A stretch of 64,000 nt of DNA from a bacterium (GTDB lineage Bacteria; SAR324; JACQKK01): the NCBI GenBank assembly GCA_965205845.1, contig CBDBIG010000003.1, positions 313,117 to 377,116 of the forward strand. Reading direction: 5' to 3'. The position numbers and the translations under genes were made by a program. This document shows, in pieces, positions 46,692-55,410 of this stretch. The notes beneath the pieces are model-generated. The model searched no databases. It was not told the origin of the DNA and saw nothing but the letters and a program-made list of their open reading frames with translations. Every line of letters begins with the position of its first letter. The stretch's first letter is position 1.

Positions 46692-46846
46692 CTGTTTTGT
46701 TCCATTGTTTTAAAAAGAGCTGCTCTTTTTTGCACACGTATCCCCATCTTTAAAATCTCACAAACGAAGTACAAGTGCCATGAGAACGATGGCTTGTTAT
46801 CGGCATAACCCTTGTGGCTATCGCAATTTAAATCGGTCTGATAGGG

Positions 46847-47062
46847 CACAAAGCCAAACGCACCTTGATTCTCGCGCTCAAGGATTTTCTTTTCTGCATG
46901 CCAGCGTCCAAGTTTTATCCCATTTTTCCCTGCGCTGCTTCCTTGTGCACAAAGCCAAACGCACCTTGATTCTCGCGCTCAGGGATTTTCTTTTCTGCAT
47001 GCCAGCGTCCAAATTTTGTCCCATTTTTCCCTGCTTCGGGTTCCTTGTGCACAAAGCCAAAC
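46847..47062. repeat. 101-bp tandem duplication (x2, bounded by a 13-bp direct repeat CACAAAGCCAAAC) covering the thyX 3' end, stop codon and downstream
   Basis: Units at 46861-46960 and 46961-47062 have a few SNPs and one small indel. This makes the ThyX C-terminus FGFVHKEPEAGK...GAFGFVHKEAAQGKMG-stop with FGFVHKE twice. 101 is not a multiple of 3, so the copies are read in different frames. Confidence 0.9.
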
Positions 47063-48591
47063 AAGGGTGCAAATAAAGGATGCGCTTTCAGTACGCATTG
47101 ATACATCTGCTGGGCAATCCCTCTGTATACCAAATGGCCTTGGGGCATCGTGCGTAACTCGGTTAACCAAATCAGTGCCCTTAAATTGAGATGCACCTGC
47201 CAGCGTACACGATAAGCCATGGGGAGCACGTAGGCGGCTTGCTCGGCAGAAAAATGCTGGCTCAGTTGCTGGTGCGCCTCGGCGGCTTGCAAAATCGCTT
47301 GGCAAAAAGGTTTTTCTAAGTTTGCCGCTTGAATATCTTCTGGGATCGTATAACCAAGGCTGATTCCAAGGGGTTGCCGTTGCTGGGTTAGGGTGCGATG
47401 GCGGTGCAGGTCGCGAAACGCACCAAAATCCGCCTGCAATTCGAAGGTGTAAAACACCAGTTCGGTGGCTCGGGGGGGCTTGTGGCGGCGGTTTTTGCGC
47501 GCTTTGCCCAGGCTTTCGATGGCTCTTTGGCGGGCGGCGGCGTCTAAGTCTGCCACGCTACGCTGTACGCCATCCCAGGGGCAAGACTGGTCCTCGTACA
47601 ACCACGCCGTAAGCATTTTTTCAACCGCTTGTCCCTCGCTTTCACAGTGCAACAGGCGTACGCATTCTCCACCGTTTTCCGCAATCCCCTCAAAGGCTTG
47701 GGCGACCGAAGCAGGGGGAAATACCTGTGCGAGGGTTTTTTGACGCGCTTTAAGCAGGGTTTGATGGTAGGTTTGTTGCGCTTTGGTGTTGGGGTGCTCC
47801 CTGGCGGAGCGCGTAACGAAAGCGGGAATCACGCCTTCCAGTTCGCATTGCATGGCATTGGCAAGGGCTTGCATTTCAGGCAAAGACTGGCTGCGTGTTT
47901 TGGCAATAAGGCTTTGAAAAAAACGCCCGTTACCATAAAGCCCCATGTTGGTGTGGGTGCAAATGGGAAGCAACCCCCGCAAAACATCCAAGGCGTGTGC
48001 GTGCAATGCTCTTTCCCATGGAATTTTCTTTTGTCCTTGGGGTCGCGGGCTGGCTTGCCTTAAAAATTGCTGTAAAGGGCCAAGCAAATCTCGATAACTG
48101 TCAAACAAAGTGCGCACGGCTTTTAAAAACAACCCTTGCTGGGGTGACGCCATAATTTGAGGGTCTTGATAAAAACGATAGTCACCATTGAAGAGGTCAT
48201 CAAAGCGCACATAACGCGTCGATTTTTCGAGGAATGAGCCCCCAATGCGCGAAGCCTGCAAATGGTTGGCAGCAAGCATCGAAATGCCCTCCAAGGCCAA
48301 GTGTGCACCGCCCAATTCTCCCACCGAATCATCGCCATAGCCATCGAGCACACGTTTGTAAAATGCATGCGCTTTTTTCTCATCGGCTTCCAAAAGGGTC
48401 TCCTCGCCCGCCAAAAATTCGCGCTCCAAGAGGCTGCGCAAATCGAGATTTGAACGCGAATAACGCGAAAACAATGCACCCTTCACCACCTCTGGCAAGG
48501 CTTTTAACGCAAAGATAGGCCTTTGTGTATTGGTTACAAAGCGTGCTACGGTGGTGGGATTAAAGGGCGTTAAAGGGGAATGCTTGTTCAT
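46915..48591 (-). CDS. thyX: FAD-dependent thymidylate synthase ThyX, long tandem-domain form (558 aa)
   Basis: C-half: ELVFYTFELQADFGAFRDLHRHRTLTQQRQ (the ThyX RHR motif) and RVRWQVHLNLRALIWLTELR (ThyX C-terminal N-x-R-x-L helix). N-half: SRIGGSFLEKSTRYVRF (S-x3-S-x-RY half of the ThyX signature) and ALDVLRGLLPICTHTNMGLYGNGRFFQSLIAKTRSQ. Two ThyX-like domains are fused. Confidence 0.65.
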   Translation of the reverse strand: MNKHSPLTPFNPTTVARFVTNTQRPIFALKALPEVVKGALFSRYSRSNLDLRSLLEREFLAGEETLLEADEKKAHAFYKRVLDGYGDDSVGELGGAHLALEGISMLAANHLQASRIGGSFLEKSTRYVRFDDLFNGDYRFYQDPQIMASPQQGLFLKAVRTLFDSYRDLLGPLQQFLRQASPRPQGQKKIPWERALHAHALDVLRGLLPICTHTNMGLYGNGRFFQSLIAKTRSQSLPEMQALANAMQCELEGVIPAFVTRSAREHPNTKAQQTYHQTLLKARQKTLAQVFPPASVAQAFEGIAENGGECVRLLHCESEGQAVEKMLTAWLYEDQSCPWDGVQRSVADLDAAARQRAIESLGKARKNRRHKPPRATELVFYTFELQADFGAFRDLHRHRTLTQQRQPLGISLGYTIPEDIQAANLEKPFCQAILQAAEAHQQLSQHFSAEQAAYVLPMAYRVRWQVHLNLRALIWLTELRTMPQGHLVYRGIAQQMYQCVLKAHPLFAPLFGFVHKEPEAGKNGTKFGRWHAEKKIPERENQGAFGFVHKEAAQGKMG

Positions 48592-48884
48592 TGGAAAATT
48601 TGAGGTGGGGTGAGGAGATTGCCCTCATTGAAAAGCAGGCTTTTTAACGCATGGCTTGGTTTAAATTGATTTAGAGATGAGGGGCGGGAAACGGGCACCG
48701 CGAGGCGTGGGCTGCACTGCCCGGGAAAGTATACTAAAGGTATACCAAAAAACGGCGCAATAAACGCGGAAATAATCGCTTCGTTTTTCACCATCATCCA
48801 AAATGGATTATCAAATAAATTTCCACCAGCCAATGCACATTGGCCAGGCTTGCTTATCATTGCCATCTGGGCGCAAAATAACCC

Positions 48885-49202
48885 ATGACCCCAAAAGATC
48901 AAATCATCGTCCGTGGTTTTATTTTGTTGATCTTTGGTGCCATCATTGCGTTGCTTCAATCCGTTCTACCGGCAGCAGCCCCCATTGCCGTGGCTTTATA
49001 TGGCTGCGTGCAAGGTCTCAACAAACGCCTTGGAGCACGTCTCCGTTTATTCGAATGGCTGGCTAGCTTGGTATTGGCCGTCTTGTTATGGTTGGTGCGC
49101 GAACCTTTTGCTTGGATTTTGTGGGGCCTTGGCGCGACCATGGCAGGTGCTGGTATTTACTGCCTTATGCTTGGCTGGTTTGCTAGCCAGCATAAGCCAT
49201 AA
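48885..49202 (+). CDS. Small hypothetical membrane protein (3 predicted TM helices)
   Basis: 105-aa ORF with LLIFGAIIALLQSVLPAAAPIAVALYG / LASLVLAVLLWLV / LGATMAGAGIYCLMLGWF. No similarity recognised. Low confidence that it is expressed. Confidence 0.3.
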   Translation: MTPKDQIIVRGFILLIFGAIIALLQSVLPAAAPIAVALYGCVQGLNKRLGARLRLFEWLASLVLAVLLWLVREPFAWILWGLGATMAGAGIYCLMLGWFASQHKP

Positions 49203-49279
49203 AGGCGTTATAGATTGCAGAGCCGTCGTGCGCGTCCTATAGCATTGTAACTGCTGACGACACCATCTTAAGAAATAAA

Positions 49280-50050
49280 ATGCCCTTGATACACAGCCTC
49301 AAAACCCTGCTGTATACGCTAGTGCTTAGCGCATGTTGGCAACTGGTGCTACCTACGGTTGCGCGGACACAAGCAAGCGCACAAGCGGATGTCCTCACAA
49401 AAAGCAACCCCATTTCCCAAGGCACACCCAGCCCGCAACCTGGGTCCACTTGGCGTCTGGATGATTTTACCCGAACATGGGACCCCAATACATTGCCTAA
49501 ACCTTGGATGTATCACAAAATATTTCCCCTTTTTGGGAGCAGTAGCAACATGTTGCTCCAGTTTGTGCACACACCAATCAAGCATTATATCCATATGAGA
49601 AGCGGACCAAAGGATTTTTTTGGCGTGGGTGTAAAGGGCATTGAAACAAGACAATGGCCTGTTTGGGAGTGGTCTTGGCGGGTAAGCAAAATACCGCGTG
49701 GGGGAGATGTGCGAAACCCCAAAAAAAATGATCAAGCGGGCTCGGTGTGTTTGTATGACAAGTTAAGCCCTTTGAACATTGGGAATGGTGTGTGTTACCT
49801 CTGGGAAAATACGGTACCCAAAAACACTTGGTATTCTAGTCGCAACCTGCACACCATGGTGTTGCGCAATGTAACTGAAGATGGGCTCAACCGTTGGTAT
49901 CGCGAAAAGCGCAATGTAGCGGCAGACTATCGCCGATTGTTCAAGCGACTCCCACCTCGCAAACTGTTTTTTGTGTTAACCATTGACGCCGACTCTACCC
50001 AGAGCGTGGCAGAGGTTTTTTACCGTGATATCGTTTTGCATAAACGCTAA
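49280..50050 (+). CDS. DUF3047-family secreted protein
   Basis: Signal peptide, then W..SW...KIP....VRNPKKNDQAGSVCL...FFVLTIDADSTQSVAEVFYRDIV, which matches the conserved blocks of DUF3047 (…NPK…QD.A..V.V and LTIDADST.S.A). Confidence 0.6.
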   Translation: MPLIHSLKTLLYTLVLSACWQLVLPTVARTQASAQADVLTKSNPISQGTPSPQPGSTWRLDDFTRTWDPNTLPKPWMYHKIFPLFGSSSNMLLQFVHTPIKHYIHMRSGPKDFFGVGVKGIETRQWPVWEWSWRVSKIPRGGDVRNPKKNDQAGSVCLYDKLSPLNIGNGVCYLWENTVPKNTWYSSRNLHTMVLRNVTEDGLNRWYREKRNVAADYRRLFKRLPPRKLFFVLTIDADSTQSVAEVFYRDIVLHKR

Positions 50051-50068
50051 AAAACCCCTCCTCATGGC

Positions 50069-51496
50069 TTGCCCAACAGCCTTTTTGAACCGTGGCTCAT
50101 GTTAAAGTTTCTCGCAGATTTTTTTGGCAAGTCACCCTCTGCCCTACCCGCCCACGGTCAAGATCCGTCTGCATTGCTCGAGGTTGTGCTGTCCAAAAAA
50201 GGAATGGCTAAAAAAAACCAAGGAGCTCTCGAACAAGCTGCTCCTGCGGTACTGGCCAATGCCCTAAGTGCTTTGTCTCTTCAAAATCAGGTCACCGTGC
50301 TAAGGCGCTTGACCATTAAGCAAAGTGCCATCATTTTAACCCACTTAGAATCAGCTTTGCTTCCCCCCTTAGGGCAAAGGCTATCTCATGGTTTTCTCCA
50401 GCGCGTGTTGGCTACCCTTGAACCCGATGCAGCAGCCTCAATTGCCCACCATTTGCCCAAACCATTGATTGAAAAAGCCTTGTCGCGTTTGCGCCCAGGG
50501 CATCGTCAAGCGATTTTGCAGGTAATGTCTCACCCCCTTGAGCACGCAGGGAGCCTGATGAACCCTAACATTGTGCTCATTGAGGAAGGGTATACCGTAG
50601 CAAAAGCCCTAAAAACTGCACGTGCGAGCATGTTGTTGGTGGACATGAAGTCGTTTTTTTATGCCTTTGTGGTGAATGAAACGGGGCGTCTCACGGGTCT
50701 GCTACCTTTGTGGCGCATGATTGTGGCCAGCCCCACGGGGTTGGTGCATGAGGTAATGGATAAAAAAGTGGTGGCGGTCCAAGATAGCACGGATCGCGAG
50801 AGTGCCAGCCGCTTAGCACTTGAGCATGACCTGATTACCCTACCCGTTGTGGATGCCAACTATCACCCCATTGGGCGCATTACTGCCGATGATTTAATGG
50901 ATGTGATTCACGAAGAAAACCAAGAAGACATGGGGCGTTTTAGCGGAACGGGTGTCGAAAGTGTGTTGGGTGCACCCATTTGGCGCTCCATTTTAAGCAG
51001 GTTGCCTTGGCTACTTTTGGCCATGAGTGGTGAGTTTCTGCTTTCTGTAGTGATGGAAACCCGTCAAGATTTGCTTTTTTCCCTGCCCATGCTCGCCGTT
51101 TTTTTCCCTGTAATGATGGCCATGGGCGGGAACGTGGGAGTCCAATCTGCCTCGTTGGTTATTCGCGGTCTTGCTACAGGCGAAGTAAGTACGGGGCGTT
51201 TGATGCAGCGAATTTTTCGTGAGCAAGCCATTTCGCTGGGTTTGGGTGTTGTTTTGGCAGGTACGCTATTTGCTGGGGGCTGGTTGCTCACCCAAAATAT
51301 ACACTTAAGTGGTGTGCTGGGGGCTGCGACCTTGATCAATATTTTTTTGGCGAGCACCGTTGGAGGTGGCATTCCCATTTTGTTTAATGCACTTCATCGC
51401 GATCCGGCCATGGCGGCAGGGCCACTGCTTACCACCTTGAACGACATGATGGGGGTGGGTGTTTATTTACTGCTTGCTTGGCTTGTTTTGTTTTAA
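50069..51496 (+). CDS. mgtE: Magnesium transporter MgtE
   Basis: N domain, tandem CBS pair, and a TM domain with MAMGGNVGVQSASLVIRGLATGEV and LTTLNDMMGVGVYLLLA (MgtE pore motifs). Confidence 0.88.
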   Translation: MPNSLFEPWLMLKFLADFFGKSPSALPAHGQDPSALLEVVLSKKGMAKKNQGALEQAAPAVLANALSALSLQNQVTVLRRLTIKQSAIILTHLESALLPPLGQRLSHGFLQRVLATLEPDAAASIAHHLPKPLIEKALSRLRPGHRQAILQVMSHPLEHAGSLMNPNIVLIEEGYTVAKALKTARASMLLVDMKSFFYAFVVNETGRLTGLLPLWRMIVASPTGLVHEVMDKKVVAVQDSTDRESASRLALEHDLITLPVVDANYHPIGRITADDLMDVIHEENQEDMGRFSGTGVESVLGAPIWRSILSRLPWLLLAMSGEFLLSVVMETRQDLLFSLPMLAVFFPVMMAMGGNVGVQSASLVIRGLATGEVSTGRLMQRIFREQAISLGLGVVLAGTLFAGGWLLTQNIHLSGVLGAATLINIFLASTVGGGIPILFNALHRDPAMAAGPLLTTLNDMMGVGVYLLLAWLVLF

Positions 51497-51778
51497 GGGC
51501 TAACCCAGACAACTCAAAAACAAGGAGGTGTGCTTTGGTTTTTTGATGACTGCGTTTAAGGCACCCTTTTTGCGCGTACAATACCCTTCAAGTGAGCCGT
51601 TTGGCTCTATAGCGACGATCGGGCAAACGGCACTACAGATTTTTTAAGTCAAGGAATTCCCCGTAAAAACCGCTGGTGTCCACAAACACCCACTAAAAAT
51701 TCCAGCGCGGCATCGCAAGGGTTTGGGGACCTTGCTGCCATGTGGTTTTTGGGGCAACACGCGGGCGTAGAAAAAAAT

Positions 51779-52057
51779 TTAGAGAATTTTGGGGGCTTTA
51801 AAAAAGCCATTTTCGACGTGAGGGCTAAAATCGGCCACGTCTATGTTCGATTGTACAGGTTCATCTTTGCGCAACGGAAGGGTGGCGGTGCTTTCCCTCA
51901 CCACATCGCCAGTATCGGCTTCTTGCACTTGTCGTACAATGCCTAAAATCGATTTGAATTGTTCGGTAAACAACACTTTTTCTGCATCACTCAGTTCAAG
52001 CGCGGCCAATTTGGCAATTTTTTTAATCAAAGCCTGATCAATGACTGGATTTTGCAT
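51779..52057 (-). CDS. gatC: Asp-tRNA(Asn)/Glu-tRNA(Gln) amidotransferase subunit C
   Basis: MQNPVIDQALIKKIAKLAALELSDAEKVLFTEQFKSILGIVRQVQEADT...PLRKDE...FKAPKIL, the GatC pattern. Start set at the internal Met (52057) rather than the ORF-track start at 52087. Confidence 0.75.
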   Translation of the reverse strand: MQNPVIDQALIKKIAKLAALELSDAEKVLFTEQFKSILGIVRQVQEADTGDVVRESTATLPLRKDEPVQSNIDVADFSPHVENGFFKAPKIL

Positions 52058-52378
52058 GGCTCCCTTTTTAAGATTCGCACACGGCAATCTTGACTACGGT
52101 TACAGTGATAACGCATCTAACGCATAGATTGTGTAGTCTGTTCGGTATTTATTCGAAGGCAACCATTGAGCAATGACCGTCCCCCCAAATACAACACGCT
52201 GTCCTATAAAAAAACCGCCCCTTTACCAAGGAATTCCAAAGAATTTACCCTTTGATGGGAGTTTGCCAAGGTGACATCCCCATTCTTTTGAAACCAAAAA
52301 AAGGCCTTGAGATTCTTCTCTCGGACCCTACAAGGGATTAAAACCCTTTAACCTCCCGCTACAAACGGTAGAATTTGC

Positions 52379-52843
52379 TTAAAACGGAATATCATCATCA
52401 ATGTAGGGCTCATCTTCTCTGGCATGGCCTTGTGGTGCTGCAGCCGCATCTCCACGGGGTGGGAGTGTTGACCGCCGTCCATAAGAAGCACCGCTTCCTC
52501 CTCCGCCTCCTTCTTCTTTACGGTCTAAAAATTGAAAGGCATTGACTTTGACTTCCTTGGTATAGCGTTTGATGTTTTCCTTATCGACCCATTCGCGGGT
52601 TTCGACGCGCCCCTCCACGTATACCCTTGAACCTTTGTGCAGGTAGTTTTGTACCAATTCTGCCTGCTTGCGCCATACCACACAGTTGTGCCATTCGGTT
52701 TTTTCCTGCATTTCGCCTTGTTTATCACGCCAGCGTTCATTGGTGGCAATGGAAAAATTGGCGACTGCATCACCCGATCGGGTGTAGCGCACTTCTGGGT
52801 CGCGACCCAGATATCCAATGAGCATGATTTTATTGAGGCTCAT
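52379..52843 (-). CDS. ssb: Single-stranded DNA-binding protein
   Basis: OB-fold MSLNKIMLIGYLGRDPEVRYTRSGDAVANFSIATNERW...TEWHNCVVW, a Gly-rich linker and an acidic tail DDDIPF. Confidence 0.93.
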   Translation of the reverse strand: MSLNKIMLIGYLGRDPEVRYTRSGDAVANFSIATNERWRDKQGEMQEKTEWHNCVVWRKQAELVQNYLHKGSRVYVEGRVETREWVDKENIKRYTKEVKVNAFQFLDRKEEGGGGGSGASYGRRSTLPPRGDAAAAPQGHAREDEPYIDDDIPF

Positions 52844-53037
52844 AGCAAAACGGTCACTTTTTAAACATGGTTTTTGATAAAGAGGTTAGGGTAAACAAAA
52901 AACACCACACCACCTGCACGGAGCCACCCTGCGCTAGGATACCAATAAATTGCACGAAAAAACCACCTTGCACCTGTCGCCTTAAGCATCTTGTCGTGTT
53001 GCTTCGTGCTGAGGGTTTGTTTTTTAGCGTTCAAAAA

Positions 53038-53622
53038 TTAATGGCGCTTTAGCACGCCAAGTGCTGCTTGAATACGTTCTTCGATGCTACCTGCATTTGG
53101 GGGCACTTTTTGTAATGCGTTGAGTATGTCAAGTTCTTTAAAGCCTAGGTTGTTGAGTGCAGAGGCCAATTCGTCGTTATGGGTGGTGGCAAATGGCACT
53201 TTTTCCCCTTTGGATGGGGGGGCAATTTTACCCTGTAATTCAAGGTAAATGCGCTCAGATCCCTTTTTTCCCAGCCCAGGCACCGAGGCAAGGCGGGCAG
53301 TATCACCTTGGTCAATGGCTTGGCGCAGGCCATCTACCGAAAGGGCGCTGAGCAAAGCCATGCCAATCCGCGGTCCCACGCCACGCACGCTTAGCATGCG
53401 GTCAAACAACATTTTTTCCTCTAAACTCTCAAAACCATACAGTGTCATAGCGGTTTCGCGCACAACCATGCTGGTATGCAGCCTTATTTCTCCTACCTCA
53501 CTGCTGGCTTTTGCCACCAATTGAGGGCCCACAAATACCTGATATCCCACCCCCGCGGCATGTAAAATCACCACACTGTCCTCTTGATGAGGTAGCAGGC
53601 GACCTTCAAGTATGGCAATCAC
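53038..53622 (-). CDS. ruvA: Holliday junction branch-migration complex subunit RuvA
   Basis: MIAILEGRLLPHQEDSVVILHAAGVGYQVFV, the helix-hairpin-helix pair (LLSALSVDGLRQAI... / LASVPGLGKKGSERIYLEL), and C-terminal domain III. Confidence 0.9.
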   Translation of the reverse strand: MIAILEGRLLPHQEDSVVILHAAGVGYQVFVGPQLVAKASSEVGEIRLHTSMVVRETAMTLYGFESLEEKMLFDRMLSVRGVGPRIGMALLSALSVDGLRQAIDQGDTARLASVPGLGKKGSERIYLELQGKIAPPSKGEKVPFATTHNDELASALNNLGFKELDILNALQKVPPNAGSIEERIQAALGVLKRH

Positions 53623-54140
53623 GACAAGGCACTTTTTAAAAAAAGAGACGATTGAACGTTAGCAGCATGGGTCAGGGCAATGGCGAGGGCATCGGATTCA
53701 TCGCCGCCCATGGTTTGGTGGTATTGTAGCAACATCTGCACCATACGTGCTACCTGTGCTTTCTCGGCGCGCCCGCTGCCCGTCATGGCTTGCTTAACAC
53801 TGCTAGGGCTATATTCAAAAAGTTGAATCCCGTGGCGGGCCAGGGTGAGCAGTGACGCCCCGCGTGCCTGCCCCAACGCAAGGGCACTCCTCGGGTTATG
53901 CGCACTAAATACTCCCTCAATCGCACCGTGCTTGGGTTGGTAGGTTTCTAGTACGGCTTCTAGCCCCTCGGCTAACCGGCATAAACGCGTGTGCAAAGGT
54001 GCTCTGCTCGACAATTTGAAGACGCCACTTCCCAACCGTACCTGCTGTTGTGCGCTTTGTTGTAAAATAACCCCCCAACCCAGCATGCGGCTCCCAGGGT
54101 CGACCCCCAAAATGGTTAAAGGAAAGTTTATCCGTTCCAT
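53619..54140 (-). CDS. ruvC: Crossover junction endodeoxyribonuclease RuvC
   Basis: ILGVDPGSRMLGWGVI (catalytic Asp), ...EGVF..., and the acidic residues of the RNase H fold. Overlaps ruvA by 4 bp. Confidence 0.9.
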   Translation of the reverse strand: MERINFPLTILGVDPGSRMLGWGVILQQSAQQQVRLGSGVFKLSSRAPLHTRLCRLAEGLEAVLETYQPKHGAIEGVFSAHNPRSALALGQARGASLLTLARHGIQLFEYSPSSVKQAMTGSGRAEKAQVARMVQMLLQYHQTMGGDESDALAIALTHAANVQSSLFLKSALS

Positions 54141-54880
54141 TCTTTAGCCAATCCTTCAGACAAATCAAAATTGGAAAACACTTTTTGCACATCGTCATCT
54201 TCTTCGAGAAAGTCCAAGAACTTCACCAGTTTTTCAGCTTGGACCCTGTCGGCAATTTCGACCTGCACGGTGGGTAACCATTCCAATTGTGCCGCTGTGA
54301 TCTTCATTTTTTTATCTTCGACACAGCTCCGCACAGCATCAAACTGCTCCATAGGGCAATACACCACAAAGTGCTCTTCTTGCTCTTCCAAATCATCTGC
54401 TCCGCCTTCGAGTACAGCATTGGTGATTTCTTCTTCTGCAATTCCCGCTTTGGGGACCATAAGGACCCCTTTGCGTTGAAACATATGCTGCACCGAATTA
54501 GAACTGCCTAAATTGCCATTGTGCTTGCTAAAAATAGAGCGTACCGAGGCCACCGTACGGTTGCGATTGTCCGTTAAAGCCTCCACCATAACGGCCACAC
54601 TAAATGGGCCATAGCCTTCATACACAATTTCCTCAAAATTGTTGCCTCCTAAACCACCCGCCCCCTTTTTGACGGCACGCTCAATGGTATCGCTTGGCAT
54701 GTTTTGCCCACGCGCTTGGGTTACTGCGAGGCGCAAGCGCGGGTTGGTGTCAATATCACCACCGCCTTGTTTGGCTGCTACCGTAATTTCACGAATTAAT
54801 TTTGTGAAAATTTTACCGCGTTTGGCGTCCACGGCAGCCTTTTTGTGTTTAATCGTACTCCACTTGCTATGTCCTGACAT
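54128..54880 (-). CDS. yebC: YebC/PmpR-family transcriptional regulatory protein
   Basis: MSGHSKWSTIKHKKAAVDAKRGKIFTKLIREI, a near-universal YebC N-terminus. Confidence 0.92.
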   Translation of the reverse strand: MSGHSKWSTIKHKKAAVDAKRGKIFTKLIREITVAAKQGGGDIDTNPRLRLAVTQARGQNMPSDTIERAVKKGAGGLGGNNFEEIVYEGYGPFSVAVMVEALTDNRNRTVASVRSIFSKHNGNLGSSNSVQHMFQRKGVLMVPKAGIAEEEITNAVLEGGADDLEEQEEHFVVYCPMEQFDAVRSCVEDKKMKITAAQLEWLPTVQVEIADRVQAEKLVKFLDFLEEDDDVQKVFSNFDLSEGLAKEWNG

Positions 54881-55298
54881 CGTTTACCTTCATTTTTCCC
54901 TCCCTTATTTTAGTGCGCGTACTTGCAGCATGCGAGCACGATAATAGGGATGCCTCCCTGATCCCATGGCGCACATCGTACTTTATTTTTCGCGAATTAG
55001 CACGACCATTTTTTATCACTCGCCCGTAGCTATCTCGGGTGCGTTGTGGAAACCATCTCGAGCAGAGCGCAATGAAATCTTTCCCTCCTTCGATTCATTT
55101 GAATGCCAACGGGTTGATACCCGATACGTCATCGGCTCATCCAAAGGCCACCCCCAAAACATCACAGAACGGCTTTACAGCCATTTTAAAACCCTACAAA
55201 AGCAGCCTCACAAAGGAGGCAAGCGATTGATGACAACATCAAAACGCAAAAAACAGGGCTATTGCAAAATTTGCGGTCAAGACGGGCAGTGTAAAAAC

Positions 55299-55410
55299 AG
55301 GTGCACATTTACACGGATGGGCGTTGGTGCCAAGCAAAACGAAGGCGGCAAAGCAGGTGCACATTTACACCGATTAGCGTTCGTGCCAAGCAAAGGGAAG
55401 CAGTTGTTCC
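55299..55410. repeat. 56-bp tandem duplication (x2, about 80% identical) of the epmA 3' end including its stop
   Basis: AGGTGCACATTTACAC[GC]GAT[GT][AG]GCGTT[GC]GTGCCAAGCAAA... appears at 55299 and 55355. Copy 2 encodes …LLPFAWHER-stop. Copy 1 is a diverged duplicate downstream. Confidence 0.8.

Noticed and set aside
48588-48959. A 123-aa minus-strand ORF overlapping the thyX start.
   Set aside because: There are no motifs. It overlaps the more plausible plus-strand small membrane ORF at 48885-49202 and the thyX 5' end. It was not called.
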